A program made the translations under genes and the position numbers. DNA of 64,000 bases, from assembly GCA_964016885.1 (NCBI GenBank), contig OZ024747.1, forward strand, positions 39,742,001 through 39,806,000, given 5' to 3'. Of this stretch, positions 63,283 to 64,000 are shown in pieces (positions within the stretch are counted from its first letter, which is position 1; the number at the start of each line of letters is the position of its first letter). This DNA is from Eledone cirrhosa. Its lineage: Eukaryota. A model generated the notes under the pieces. The model did no database searches, was not told where the DNA came from, and saw only the letters and a list, made by a program, of their open reading frames with translations.

Positions 63283-64000
63283 ACTAAATAATAAAATCAG
63301 TTAATTTGTTATTAAATTATTATCATTTGTTTTCATTTCTTCCTTACATTGTTATTTTTATGAATGTAGATAATTCAGGCACCACCAATTGACTTACAAT
63401 CATGTTAACAATGGAAATCTCTCTTTCGTTATGGTTAGCAGGTTTCTTCCATGTTCTTATTTTTCTCATAATAAACTCAGTCTAGTAATGTTTGTATATA
63501 AAGTGAAACAATTTTAACATTAACTCGTAGCCATATAAAAACAGCTGCCGATGCCATTGTTTTTGGTTTTATTGCGACTGCTGGTGATGTGGGTGGTGTC
63601 CTGATGACTATAGAGAAGGGAAGAAGGAGGAGAAATAAGAGAATAATTATAGTTTTGCTAAGTCAAAATCAAAACACAACAACAAAGATTTCACGACGGC
63701 TGTCGAAGATAAGGAAGGTGGTGATGATGATGTTGTTGATGATGATGACGATGACGATAATGATGAGGAAGAGGTACGATGATGAAGAAGGTAATATGGA
63801 TATTGACAGAGATGGTGAAAATAGTGATAAAGCTACCGCTGCACAGCCTATATCATATCATCACTAGTGACTTATAGATATTGCAGAAAACCAGCAATTT
63901 ATACAGAAAAGTGTATCAATGATTGAAACGTTTCAACTACAATATTTTGTTCGTCTTTAACTGACGAGGACAAAGAGAGGCAGTTATCACTTCTGCGAAG

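Overview
AT-rich eukaryotic (animal) genomic DNA with no recognisable host protein-coding gene. The density of (TA)n/(CA)n/(GA)n microsatellites and the SINE types suggest a mollusc, probably an octopus or other cephalopod (inference only). The window is almost entirely transposon-derived. It holds two full-length Tx1/L1-clade non-LTR retrotransposons: one intact with a perfect 20-bp target-site duplication (TSD) at 30237-36031, one decayed at 9490-15383. It also holds a Dong/R4-type RLE retrotransposon, two RTE copies, several Penelope-like remnants with hammerhead ribozymes, about 20 copies of a tRNA-headed Deu/Nin-core SINE, a Helitron, a DD37D (maT) transposon, MITE-like repeats and degraded CR1 fragments. 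The main signal is a set of retroelements that appear to use microsatellites as landing pads. The two related Tx1 families lack poly(A) tails and appear to have inserted repeatedly into different repeats, (ATT)n and (ATCT)n, and one (TAA/TTA)n tract has been hit by RLE, APE and SINE elements. Both Tx1 families also carry a splice-donor-like motif over the ORF1 stop codon that could fuse ORF1 to ORF2 in frame through a 51-52 nt intron (hypothesis). All comparisons were made by eye, and boundaries of degraded elements are approximate.
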